This document shows positions 1-9,308 of a DNA stretch of 58,998 nucleotides, in pieces (within the stretch, counting starts at the first letter, position 1; every line of letters begins with the position of its first letter). The stretch comes from a virus (lineage: Duplodnaviria > Caudoviricetes). A program made the position numbers and the translations under genes. The notes beneath the pieces were generated by a model that was not told the DNA's origin, did not search any database, and saw only the letters and a program-made list of their open reading frames with translations. The DNA lies in the IMG/VR virus record IMGVR_UViG_3300032295_004123, positions 1 to 58,998 of that record; one strand, given 5' to 3'.

Positions 1-993
1 AAATTAGCTGGTAATTTTGCTACTTGGCCTAATAATGTACCTAACATCTTATTCTTTACAGAGACACAATATGCCTCAATCAATGGTTCAGCTACATCTC
101 AAGCTTCAACAATCCCAGGTGTTGCAAACTTTGAATACCTATTAAACGGTAAAGATTCAGTTACATACTATGTAGCAGTAAAAGGTGATGCTAACTCAAC
201 TGGTTTCAAGATGGCTCGTTTAGTACCAGTAACTATTGTTAACCCAAACAATGCTCCAAACTACATTATTGATCAAACAGTTCAATACGATAATGTAATA
301 GATGAAATTGAAGTTAGATTCCCAGACCTAACAGTTAACGAAGGTAACCTAGTAAATGTTCCTGTAACTGTAATCACAGGTCAAGATAACTTAAGCGCTT
401 TACAGTTAAATGTAAAATACGATCAAGACTTACTTGAATTTAAGAGTGTATTAAACAGTGAAAAAGCAATGAAGTGGATGTCATACTTTAACCCTACAAA
501 CGGAGCTGTAGAATGGGGTGGAGCTGATTTCTCAAATGTAAACAATTTAGTAGATGGTGATTTAGCCTTTACTTTACAGTTTACTGCTTTAAAACCAAAA
601 CTAAACTGGACTGTATCTCCCCTTTATGTAGCTGAAAAGTATGTAGGTGATGCCGCAGCAACTGATATGAACATTAAACCTACAAATGGTAGAATTGAAA
701 TCAGAAAACGCGATTTAGATTCAGACATGCTAGAAGGGTTTGATATTATAACTTACCCTAACCCTACAACAGGTTTTACAGCCATTCAATTTAATGTTTT
801 AAAAGATTCTAAAGCAGAAGTAGCTATATTTGACATCACAGGTAGAAAGTTAATCCAGGTTATTAACGAATATGTACCTACAGGTCAATATGTATACGAA
901 GTAGACTTATCGGTTTTAGCTAAAGGTGTTTATTACACTTCTATCTTAACTGATGAGCAGGTTGCTACAAGTAGAACTATAATAATTAAATAA
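1..993 (+). CDS. Partial (5'-truncated) secreted protein with cohesin-like domain and T9SS C-terminal sorting domain
   Basis: Frame is open from base 1. Cohesin-like VNVPVTV..LSALQLNVKYDQDLLEFKSV; C-terminal YPNPT..IFDITGR..LAKGVYY..RTIIIK is typical of a T9SS type A CTD. Confidence 0.8.
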   Translation, partial: KLAGNFATWPNNVPNILFFTETQYASINGSATSQASTIPGVANFEYLLNGKDSVTYYVAVKGDANSTGFKMARLVPVTIVNPNNAPNYIIDQTVQYDNVIDEIEVRFPDLTVNEGNLVNVPVTVITGQDNLSALQLNVKYDQDLLEFKSVLNSEKAMKWMSYFNPTNGAVEWGGADFSNVNNLVDGDLAFTLQFTALKPKLNWTVSPLYVAEKYVGDAAATDMNIKPTNGRIEIRKRDLDSDMLEGFDIITYPNPTTGFTAIQFNVLKDSKAEVAIFDITGRKLIQVINEYVPTGQYVYEVDLSVLAKGVYYTSILTDEQVATSRTIIIK

Positions 994-994
994 A

Positions 995-1321
995 ATGAGT
1001 GAAGAACAAGAAGGAGGATTATCTGGTCTTAAAAAGACTATAATCGGTGTAGCCACCACTGCTGTTACTGCAGCTGGAGTTTATCTAACAACAAACATTA
1101 ATAAATTTTTTGGTGTTGAAGAAGAAACAGAAGTAAAAACTGAACAAGTAGTAGAAGCGCCTGCTCCTGTAAATAATACTACTCCTGCTCCTATTGTTGT
1201 AAACATTGAAAACACCAACCAGCAAAAACAAAGTGGTGGTGGAACTAAAGTAATTGAAAGAGTAGTTGAAAAACCTGCTCCTGCTAAAAAAGAAGAGACA
1301 AGTGAAGAAGATCCTTGGTAG
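995..1321 (+). CDS. Small membrane-anchored protein with Pro/Glu-rich tail
   Basis: N-terminal hydrophobic helix; tightly packed in the operon. Confidence 0.6.
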   Translation: MSEEQEGGLSGLKKTIIGVATTAVTAAGVYLTTNINKFFGVEEETEVKTEQVVEAPAPVNNTTPAPIVVNIENTNQQKQSGGGTKVIERVVEKPAPAKKEETSEEDPW

Positions 1322-1988
1322 TCTAGCATTCCTCCTTCTAATTTCAGGTTGTGGTTCAATGTCAACCGTAACTGAAGGAGACGAGGTAGTATCTAAAAGT
1401 ATATCTACAGTTTCAGATTATTCTGGAGCTAAAACTACTGTTCAAGTTGTAAACGTAGATTTAGAAAAAGTATTTAAAATGTACCCAAGCCTACAAGAAA
1501 AAAATGTAGGTTTAGGATTTGCTGAATCTGTACTTGATTATTTAGATGAAACTAATCGCTTTGATTTTACAGAAGAAAAATCTGAAATCAAAGAAAGAAT
1601 GGTAACACAGTTCAAAGCATCTAAAAAAGGTGTATTTGAAGAACCGATTGATGGTAAAGGTAAAATTAAAGCTGCTCGTTACTTTGTTTATGTAACTGTA
1701 GCTGATTTTGCTGTTGATGAGGATGAAACCGTAGTAAAAGGCAAAGCTAAAGTTGTAGTAACTACATTTATTAGACTACAAGTTAGATTTGTAAACGCTG
1801 AAACTGGACAAATTTACATTGGTTCAGGTGAAGGTGAAGCTACTAAAACAGGTGAAGCATTCTTAAAATCATTGGATGGTATGACATTCTCTCAAAGCAC
1901 AGTAGGTAAGGCAACTCGCAAAGCATTAGAAACAGCTAGTACTAATGTAATCGAAAAACTTATCAAGAACGGTGTATTTGAAAATTAA
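1302..1988 (+). CDS. CsgG/TolB_N-like lipoprotein
   Basis: Likely GTG start at 1302 gives signal MKKILGSLAFLLLISG-C (lipobox); CsgG-like motifs TNRF, LQVRFVNAETGQI, GEGEA. Confidence 0.75.
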   Translation: MKKILGSLAFLLLISGCGSMSTVTEGDEVVSKSISTVSDYSGAKTTVQVVNVDLEKVFKMYPSLQEKNVGLGFAESVLDYLDETNRFDFTEEKSEIKERMVTQFKASKKGVFEEPIDGKGKIKAARYFVYVTVADFAVDEDETVVKGKAKVVVTTFIRLQVRFVNAETGQIYIGSGEGEATKTGEAFLKSLDGMTFSQSTVGKATRKALETASTNVIEKLIKNGVFEN

Positions 1989-3321
1989 AATATTAGCATT
2001 CCTGTTTTTACTTGGAGGTTTGTCCTTAAAAGGACAGACCTTCATGTATTCATATATTGACCCATGTACTCAACAAGTACAAACTTTAGCATACGATATG
2101 AGTGCTCCTATTATAGTTTCATACTATGGGCAGACTCGAGCATTTACTTATAATGAGATTTCTAGTGGTGTTTTAGATACGTGGCTTAACCAAGTATATT
2201 TTAATTATACAGCCTCCCCCTGTAGTGAAGTGTTTACTTCAGTCACAACAACATCTACTACAAATTTAACAACCAATATAATTAATAATGTTCTGAATTT
2301 GAGTACAGTTGCATCTATTTCTTCTCTTAACATAGGTGGGAATGTCAACACAGGTAACCAATCAAATTCAAACTCTAACTCTAATGAAGACAATAACAAC
2401 TCTCAGTCAAATATCCCTGGCTCGAATAACAGCAGTAATAACAATAACAACACTAATTCTTTTGGTAATTCAGGCTCAGGTTCTAGTGGGGGTGGGGGTA
2501 ATGGCGAACCTAATTCTGGTGGTTCTAACCCTAGTGAATCTGGCGGGGGATCAACAACAGGAGAGGTTCAAGAAGGAAATAAAGAGGGTGTCCCATCTCA
2601 AGAAAAAGTAAACGAAGCTAAAACAGACCAACAAAAATCAGACGCGAATCAAACCTCTAAAACAACAGCTAAAGCTAAAGCCCAAGTCCAAAAACCAGCA
2701 ATTTTAGTAACTGGTGATATAGTTGGTCTCCAAAAAACAGACGATAAAACTAATGATGCTAGAGGTACATTTTCATATACTAAAGTAAAAGGAGATGGCA
2801 CAGCATCAATTGGCATCTCAGCTGATTACATGATTAGAGCTAGAATCAGTAATATAACTGCAATGAAGTCTTGGATTAGTACTACTCCAAAAGGAAACAA
2901 AGGTATTAATCTTTTATCTTCAGGAATGTCATTTCAACCTGATGCTTGGTCTAATACTACAATGTTTATTAGAGTGAACAGCTTAAAACGTTTTACTGCC
3001 ATTTATGGTGCTGCTGGTAGTGCTGGGGTTTTATATAAAGAACCTATTATATCAACTCTAGCTGTAGCTGGGTTCATGTATAAAGGTAAACTATATAAAA
3101 ATATAGATGGTACTCTAATTGCAGCTGGTGTTTACGCTCCTTACTCAAAATATTATACTGAATCTTGGTTTGGTTCTAAACCTATTATCATCCCCTTTTT
3201 TAATGTAAATTATAAAATGACTAAAACATTTGGGGTTGGGTTAACTGGAGGTGGAACTTATTTAGCGGGAGCCAACGTTTTAAACTATCAAGTATTATTA
3301 GGTGCTAAACTTGTACTATGA
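1972..3321 (+). CDS. Secreted protein with N/S/G-rich linker and putative C-terminal outer-membrane beta-barrel
   Basis: Signal peptide ending LKG|Q; low-complexity linker; alternating amphipathic strands ending LGAKLVL. Confidence 0.55.
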   Translation: MYLKIKILAFLFLLGGLSLKGQTFMYSYIDPCTQQVQTLAYDMSAPIIVSYYGQTRAFTYNEISSGVLDTWLNQVYFNYTASPCSEVFTSVTTTSTTNLTTNIINNVLNLSTVASISSLNIGGNVNTGNQSNSNSNSNEDNNNSQSNIPGSNNSSNNNNNTNSFGNSGSGSSGGGGNGEPNSGGSNPSESGGGSTTGEVQEGNKEGVPSQEKVNEAKTDQQKSDANQTSKTTAKAKAQVQKPAILVTGDIVGLQKTDDKTNDARGTFSYTKVKGDGTASIGISADYMIRARISNITAMKSWISTTPKGNKGINLLSSGMSFQPDAWSNTTMFIRVNSLKRFTAIYGAAGSAGVLYKEPIISTLAVAGFMYKGKLYKNIDGTLIAAGVYAPYSKYYTESWFGSKPIIIPFFNVNYKMTKTFGVGLTGGGTYLAGANVLNYQVLLGAKLVL

Positions 3322-4370
3322 GAAAATTACTCATAATATTATTAGCTTTATTAGGTGTAAAATCATACGCCCAAACTACTCTTTGTGCTAGTAGTGCTAC
3401 TAGTTTTGGCTATGAATACATGGCAAATCTAACCATAAATGGGCAATACTATCAGGGTAATACAGGATACTCAGGTCCAGGTTACTACAATTATACAGGC
3501 ACTCCTATTCCTACTATTAATGCTGGCCAAAATATCTCTATTTCATTTACAGCTCAAACTAAAGGAAACTACCAACAATATTTTAAATTATGGATTGATT
3601 TTAATGGTAATGGTAATTTAAATGATGCTGGTGAATTAGTATATTCACATACTGATATTTGGACCGGTACTAGAACCTTTAATAGTACATTTACAGTCCC
3701 CACTTCAGTATTTAATGGTCAAGTTTATGCTCGTTTTATAATGGTATATTCTGCATCTCCTACACTTTGTGGTAACTACCCATATGGTAATACATTTGAT
3801 TTTAAAACAACAATTACCGGTGCGCAAGATCCATTCGCTTATAATGGTTATGTTTATGGGGCTAATGGGGTAGGAATCCCAAACATACCATTCCAGCTTT
3901 ACAGTAAATTAAAATCAGATGCTACTTATACTTTATTAAGTAACCATACAACAGATGCCACTGGAAAATATAGTTTAACATCCTCTAGAGATGCTAATTT
4001 ATATGATTTTGAATTACGTTTAGGTAGTTTAACTATAGCGGCTCCTACCAGTAGTGATGTCCAAATCTTCAACCAAAAAATACTGTCTCAATCTTTTGTA
4101 GCTAAAGACTATTATAGAATGGATGTGAACGGAGATAATAATTTATCCATTACTGATATTTACCTTATATTTATGAGAATAATAGGCAGAAGTTGGAAAC
4201 CTGGGGTACCCAGTTATAGAATATTTACTGTAGCAGAATGGTCTATAATAAATGCGTCTAGTTCAAATTTAAAAAATACGTATACCGGACAACAAAATGT
4301 TACTATAAGTGGGTTAACCAATAAAGGTAACACTAATTTTTATTTAATAAGAACAGGATATAATAATTAA
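3318..4370 (+). CDS. Secreted GEVED-domain protein with dockerin-like Ca-binding loop
   Basis: Signal peptide SYA|Q; GEVED-like WIDFNGNGNLNDAGELV..FTVP..ARF; DVNGDNNLSITDIYLI. Confidence 0.7.
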   Translation: MRKLLIILLALLGVKSYAQTTLCASSATSFGYEYMANLTINGQYYQGNTGYSGPGYYNYTGTPIPTINAGQNISISFTAQTKGNYQQYFKLWIDFNGNGNLNDAGELVYSHTDIWTGTRTFNSTFTVPTSVFNGQVYARFIMVYSASPTLCGNYPYGNTFDFKTTITGAQDPFAYNGYVYGANGVGIPNIPFQLYSKLKSDATYTLLSNHTTDATGKYSLTSSRDANLYDFELRLGSLTIAAPTSSDVQIFNQKILSQSFVAKDYYRMDVNGDNNLSITDIYLIFMRIIGRSWKPGVPSYRIFTVAEWSIINASSSNLKNTYTGQQNVTISGLTNKGNTNFYLIRTGYNN

Positions 4371-4371
4371 C

Positions 4372-4791
4372 ATGCTATCACTTTTACTAGCAGCTACTCT
4401 AGCTACAACCCCCATTGACACAGTTATTAATTCAACCCCAATTCAAACAATCGAAGACAGAGATGTTCGATTTGGTGTAAAAGAAACTGTTGAAGAACTT
4501 TTATACGATAAAGGTATTAATCCTTTAGCTAGTCGTACCACAATAGAGATAACTAAAATTGAATCTCCACAACAAAAACTCAATATAGTAGGTATGCAAT
4601 GGTTAAGAAAAAACTATATTGTAGAGGTTAAAATAACCATTGACGGAAAAGAATATATTGGAGATGCTAAAAGAAAAACTTTATTATTTGCAGCTTTATT
4701 AAATGTAGAAAATAATGAAGTTCCTCTTAATAGAAAGGCATTTTCCAAAGCCCTACAGCGTTCTCTTGAGGATGCTTTAAAAACACTTTAA
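4372..4791 (+). CDS. Small exported protein, possibly a minimal CsgG-like fold
   Basis: Hydrophobic N-terminus; FGVKETVEELL and FSKALQRSLEDA echo segments of the CsgG-like ORF. Confidence 0.45.
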   Translation: MLSLLLAATLATTPIDTVINSTPIQTIEDRDVRFGVKETVEELLYDKGINPLASRTTIEITKIESPQQKLNIVGMQWLRKNYIVEVKITIDGKEYIGDAKRKTLLFAALLNVENNEVPLNRKAFSKALQRSLEDALKTL

Positions 4792-4824
4792 TATTTATAA
4801 TAAACGTTTTACCCAATAGTTATA
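4789..4824 (+). repeat. Direct repeat copy 1 (stop codon + TATTTATA motif + leader)
   Basis: taatatttataataaacgttttacccaatagttata, 32/36 identical to 5884-5919. Confidence 0.85.
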
Positions 4825-4839
4825 TTAAACTAACCTTTT

Positions 4840-5886
4840 ATGAATGAAAAAGAGTTAATTATAATAAATGGATTTCCCAATAATGAAAGAAAAATTCAAT
4901 TATTAGAAACTCAAATTAATAATTTTAAAACATTACAACTTCCTATTTTACTTATAAGTGGGTGTGAAGTTCCATCTTACATTTTATCTCAAATAGATTA
5001 TGTAGTAATAAATAAAGAAAATATTTCTTTAGGAAAAGATTTTACTAAATTTATAAGGGATAATGGAGGTTATAGAGTTCCTTTCTATAATTTAACATTT
5101 CCTTCTTATCAAATACAATCCTATAATCCTTGCCCTAATAATATTATTACTAAAAATATTAAATTAGGATTTAATCTAGCTAAATCTTTAGGATTTACTA
5201 AAGTATTTTATACTGAAGATGATAATATTTTTAAAGAAGAATCTTTAAATTGGGTAAAAGATAATTTATTTCAAATTAATAATCCCTATAAACTCTCCAC
5301 AGTTATAGGGCCCCAAATGGGAAGTGATTACATAGGTGCTTTTACCACATTCTTCTTTACCTCAGTTGATTATTTTTTAAGCATTTTTACTTTACCTCAA
5401 GAAATTTCTGAATGGTATTCTGTAGAAAATTTGAGTAAATATTCTTTAGATAAAAATTATGAGGGAATGTTTTATGATTTAATTAAAACTGATCTCCATT
5501 TAATTCAAAATTTAGAAAATTCATTTTTAAATCTAGTCAATTCAAATTATATTGACTGGGGTGTAGTTAACCGTTATCAAAATGAACATTTTTTAATCGA
5601 TAACCTTTTTAACATCTTCCCAGACCCTCAAGGAAATAAACATCTTTTCTTATTTAATGCTACTCAAAATTTATTAACCGGAGACAAACCTTATTCAGTA
5701 AAAATTTATTTTGATTCTCAATTTATTGGAGAACCCTACTTAGCCCATACTAGTTGTTGGTATCGAATCCCCATCCCTTTAGAAGTTAAAGAAGTAACCC
5801 TAGATATATCAAATTATGGTATTGTTACTAGAAATACTTCTTTTGATTTTATCCAAAATAATGGATTACTAATTGAAGATTTATAA
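4840..5886 (+). CDS. Hypothetical protein, possibly glycosyltransferase-like
   Basis: 348-aa very AT-rich ORF with a DxD-like FYTEDD motif. Confidence 0.5.
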   Translation: MNEKELIIINGFPNNERKIQLLETQINNFKTLQLPILLISGCEVPSYILSQIDYVVINKENISLGKDFTKFIRDNGGYRVPFYNLTFPSYQIQSYNPCPNNIITKNIKLGFNLAKSLGFTKVFYTEDDNIFKEESLNWVKDNLFQINNPYKLSTVIGPQMGSDYIGAFTTFFFTSVDYFLSIFTLPQEISEWYSVENLSKYSLDKNYEGMFYDLIKTDLHLIQNLENSFLNLVNSNYIDWGVVNRYQNEHFLIDNLFNIFPDPQGNKHLFLFNATQNLLTGDKPYSVKIYFDSQFIGEPYLAHTSCWYRIPIPLEVKEVTLDISNYGIVTRNTSFDFIQNNGLLIEDL

Positions 5887-5919
5887 TATTTATAACAAAC
5901 GTTTTGCCTAATAGTTGTA
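5884..5919 (+). repeat. Direct repeat copy 2
   Basis: taatatttataacaaacgttttgcctaatagttgta. Confidence 0.85.
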
Positions 5920-5946
5920 CAAATTTTAACTTAAATCAATCAAACT

Positions 5947-6231
5947 ATGGCATTTAAAGACATCTTTAAAGACAAAAACGATTACAATGAAAAAACAATT
6001 GTAGGTTTCATGTCTTTTTCAGTAATGAGTATCGCAGCTCTTGCTGACATCGCAACTGGTATCATGGGTCAAGAACTCGTTATTTCAGATACTGTATTTA
6101 ATTCATTTGTAGTTATTACTCTTGGCGCTTTTGGCATTGCAGAAGCCGGAAAGATCTTTGGAGATAAAAAGCAAGAAAAAGCCTCTAAAGCTAAAAAAAG
6201 CTACGATTACGAAGAAGAAGAACTTGGTTAA
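5947..6231 (+). CDS. Putative holin-like membrane protein
   Basis: Two TM helices and a charged C-terminal tail; immediately upstream of the endolysin. Confidence 0.55.
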   Translation: MAFKDIFKDKNDYNEKTIVGFMSFSVMSIAALADIATGIMGQELVISDTVFNSFVVITLGAFGIAEAGKIFGDKKQEKASKAKKSYDYEEEELG

Positions 6232-6248
6232 TTTAAAATATTAATAAA

Positions 6249-7067
6249 ATGATATTAAAAAGAGGTGATAATAACGAGATTGTAAAAAAAGTACAAATCG
6301 TTTTAGGTGTTGACCCCGTAGGTAATTTTGGTCCAAAAACAGAAGAAGCAGTTAAAGCTTGGCAAAAGAAAAATGGTTTACCTGCTGATGGTATTGTAGG
6401 TCCCGCTACTTTAGCAAAAATGGGCATTGTAGTTGAAACTAAAACCCCAGCTACAACATCTAAACCTACAACAGGAACTACTAAATATTCAAAAGAAAAA
6501 GTTGAAACTGCTGTTAAAGCTAAAGGATATAAATGGTTTGAAGGTAAAGATTACCATTTGAATATTGTTGGTGTTCGTAACTCAGACACAGGTCAAAAAG
6601 TAACTAATGCTTTTGATGACAGACTAACTCTATCCTACCAAGTTAATGGGGAATGGATTTACAAAGAGTGGATGAATACTACCGATCCAGGAACTAAAGG
6701 TGTTAAAGAATATCACAATGCAGCTGGAGTTGCTAGATTAGTAGAAGGTCAGTATATTGATTCACATGCTTTAGGTCTACACCAGGGCAAATACGAAGCT
6801 CTAAAACAACAAAAAGCGGTTAAGGTTTACAGAGATCCTAACAGAGATATGACCTATGATGAAACTAAAATTCAAGAAGGTATCTTTGGTATCAATATCC
6901 ATAAAGCGGGTGCTGATTCAACTTATGTAGAAAACTGGTCTGAAGGATGCCAAGTATTTAAAAGAGCAGCTGATTTTGAAGAGTTTATGGCTATTGCCAG
7001 AAAAGCTAAAACTGCTGGTTTTAAATCATTTACCTACACTCTTATTGAATCAAAAGATATAGTATGA
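6249..7067 (+). CDS. Endolysin: PG_binding_1 domain plus YkuD-like His/Cys catalytic domain
   Basis: FGPKTEEAVKAWQKKNGLPADGIVGPAT; GINIHKAG...WSEGCQVF. Confidence 0.8.
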   Translation: MILKRGDNNEIVKKVQIVLGVDPVGNFGPKTEEAVKAWQKKNGLPADGIVGPATLAKMGIVVETKTPATTSKPTTGTTKYSKEKVETAVKAKGYKWFEGKDYHLNIVGVRNSDTGQKVTNAFDDRLTLSYQVNGEWIYKEWMNTTDPGTKGVKEYHNAAGVARLVEGQYIDSHALGLHQGKYEALKQQKAVKVYRDPNRDMTYDETKIQEGIFGINIHKAGADSTYVENWSEGCQVFKRAADFEEFMAIARKAKTAGFKSFTYTLIESKDIV

Positions 7068-7504
7068 TGAAACTAAACCTCCCACTACTAGCAATAACGT
7101 CTTTGTCAGCAGGGGTTACTTTTATGTGTTCATATTTTCTGAACCTTACTATGGCTAATTCTGACCAGTATTTAGCTATAGTGGGAGTAATGTTTCTAGA
7201 TGGTATCTTTGGTATGATAGCTGGAGTTAAAAGAGAAGGATTTCAAACACGTAAAGCTATTCAAGTATTAAGAAATACATTTGCTTGGTTAGTAATTTTA
7301 ACAGCTATTTTAATGGTTGAACAAGGCTTTGCTGGTACAGCTTGGCTTAGTGAAGTAATTATTGTACCTTTTATGGTATTCCAGATCATAAGTGCACTTA
7401 AAAATGCATCTATGGCTGGTTTTATTAAGGTGGGTTTGTTAAACGAAATCCTTGATAGAATAGATAAACATAAAGGTATAAGAAATGAAGAACCTAAAGA
7501 ATAA
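7064..7504 (+). CDS. Phage holin
   Basis: Multiple TM helices, FLDGIFG..G, ISALKNA; overlaps the endolysin stop. Confidence 0.7.
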   Translation: MMKLNLPLLAITSLSAGVTFMCSYFLNLTMANSDQYLAIVGVMFLDGIFGMIAGVKREGFQTRKAIQVLRNTFAWLVILTAILMVEQGFAGTAWLSEVIIVPFMVFQIISALKNASMAGFIKVGLLNEILDRIDKHKGIRNEEPKE

Positions 7505-8792
7505 AATATTTCCATTTTTAATAGCGTTTTCAGCGCTATCAGTATCTGCTTCGGCCGCTTTCTACTCAGTAAGCGGCCTTAGCAAACTTTTCGCAGGCGC
7601 ATCACTTGAGGTTATTATCATGGCCTCTTCACTCGAAATCGCTAAGTTAGTTATAGCATCCCTACTTTACCAGTACTGGGATACAATCAACAAAGGTCTT
7701 AGAGTATACCTAACCATAGCAGCAGGGGTGCTTATTTTAATCACCTCAGCTGGTATCTATGGTTTCTTGTCTGCTGCCTACCAAGAAACAGCAAATAAAG
7801 AAGGTATCGTAACTCAACAAATAGAAGCCCTAGAAACCAAAAAGGCACTATACGAGGAAACAAGAGACAATCTTCTAGCAGATAGGAAATCAAACAACGA
7901 ACTTAGGGGTACACTATCTAAAGGTTCAACTACTCAATACACAGATAAAAAAGGCAATCTAGTAGTCAGAACAAACAATGCTGCTATTCGTAACCTAGAA
8001 TCAACAGCAAAAGAAAACGAAAAACTAGCAACCAAACTAGATATTGTAAACGATTCTATATTTGCCCTTGAAACTCAAATCTTAGAAACTAAAGTAAATA
8101 GTGAAGCCGCTAGTGAACTAGGCCCACTTAAATATCTTTCAGAATTAACTGGGGTAGAAATGAGTCGTATTATTAACTGGCTTCTTTTAATAATAATCTT
8201 TGTATTTGATCCTCTAGCAATTGCTCTTGTAATTGCAGCTAATTTTGCTTTTACTAAATTGCGTACTAAAGACCCCATAATAGAAGATAATTTTAAGGAT
8301 TGGGATGTTACTTTAAATGATGGTTTAGAAGATTTAGAATGGAACAATTCTACTTCTCCCCCAGAAAACTCCCCAGAAGATCCTAAAAAAGACCAACCAA
8401 TTCCAGTATTCATAGACCCTAAAACTGGAAAACTATATTATGAAGAACCCGAATCTGAATCTACTAATTTAGATTTAGATGGTGATGGAGTCATTGAAGA
8501 AGAAGAAATTCAAGAAATATTTGATAAAACTGACCTTAACCAAGATGGTGTTATAGATGAATTTGAAGCCCTTAAATCTAATTTATCCTCAGAACAAATA
8601 GTTGAATTAAATGAAATTCAAAAAATATTTGACCAAATTGAAAAAAGTAATAGTCAACTAATTGTAGGAGAACCTTGGAAAAGAGAACAAATTAAAAACG
8701 AACATACTGCTCTTAAAAAAGCTATTATCCAATCGTTTTTAAAAAAGACTACTCCTAAAAATGATTCTGAAGATTCAATAAAATATTTTTAA
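7485..8792 (+). CDS. Multi-pass membrane protein with coiled coil and C-terminal EF-hand-like loops
   Basis: N-terminal TM helices, coiled coil, IFVFDPLAI TM, DLDGDGVIEEEE and DLNQDGVIDEFE. Confidence 0.65.
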   Translation: MKNLKNKIFPFLIAFSALSVSASAAFYSVSGLSKLFAGASLEVIIMASSLEIAKLVIASLLYQYWDTINKGLRVYLTIAAGVLILITSAGIYGFLSAAYQETANKEGIVTQQIEALETKKALYEETRDNLLADRKSNNELRGTLSKGSTTQYTDKKGNLVVRTNNAAIRNLESTAKENEKLATKLDIVNDSIFALETQILETKVNSEAASELGPLKYLSELTGVEMSRIINWLLLIIIFVFDPLAIALVIAANFAFTKLRTKDPIIEDNFKDWDVTLNDGLEDLEWNNSTSPPENSPEDPKKDQPIPVFIDPKTGKLYYEEPESESTNLDLDGDGVIEEEEIQEIFDKTDLNQDGVIDEFEALKSNLSSEQIVELNEIQKIFDQIEKSNSQLIVGEPWKREQIKNEHTALKKAIIQSFLKKTTPKNDSEDSIKYF

Positions 8793-8796
8793 TGTA

Positions 8797-8828
8797 CTTG
8801 ATTTTTTAAAGAATTTTTCTTATCTTTA
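8797..8828 (+). promoter_or_regulatory. Bacteroidota-type early promoter variant (TTG-N20-TATCTTTA)
   Basis: cttg 8797-8800, TATCTTTA 8821-8828; motif recurs 11 times in the window. Confidence 0.65.
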
Positions 8829-8850
8829 GATGTAATTAAAAATAAAAGCT

Positions 8851-9060
8851 ATGCAACCCCAACTCACCCCCTCCGAAAAAAAACACCTATCCCTAATCGA
8901 CGAACTACTTTGTGTAGCCAGTGAGCTTGACGAAACATTCCGTTATCACCCAGATAATCCTAATAAAGTTAATGTTGTAGAGCAGTTTAAATATTTATCT
9001 GAGAGAAAAGTAGAAATCGAAGATGAACTTAACAAATTAACTAATGAAAAAACTTCTTGA
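8851..9060 (+). CDS. Hypothetical protein
   Basis: ORF after promoter with A-rich leader. Confidence 0.6.
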   Translation: MQPQLTPSEKKHLSLIDELLCVASELDETFRYHPDNPNKVNVVEQFKYLSERKVEIEDELNKLTNEKTS

Positions 9061-9292
9061 TATAGGTAAAACTATTCGTGTTAAAGGCACTTCAGAACAA
9101 GGTTTAACATGCACCAACATTCATGGTAAATTTTGGACTATAGAACGTATAGAAAAACTAGAAACGGAAAGTAGTTGGGGACCTAAAAACACAATATTAT
9201 TAGCTATAAAAAGTTGTTCCCCCTACCAAAATTGGAAGTGGGTTAAATTTAAAAATGATCCTAATTTAAAGATTACTAAAATTTTATCTTAA
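9044..9292 (+). CDS. Hypothetical protein
   Basis: Overlapping ORF in operon. Confidence 0.55.
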   Translation: MKKLLDIGKTIRVKGTSEQGLTCTNIHGKFWTIERIEKLETESSWGPKNTILLAIKSCSPYQNWKWVKFKNDPNLKITKILS

Positions 9293-9308
9293 ATTTAAAA
9301 AAGTTATA

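Noticed and set aside
2340-2560. AAT/AAC/GGT-rich low-complexity tract as a DNA repeat element
   Set aside because: Explained as an Asn/Ser/Gly protein linker with varied codons
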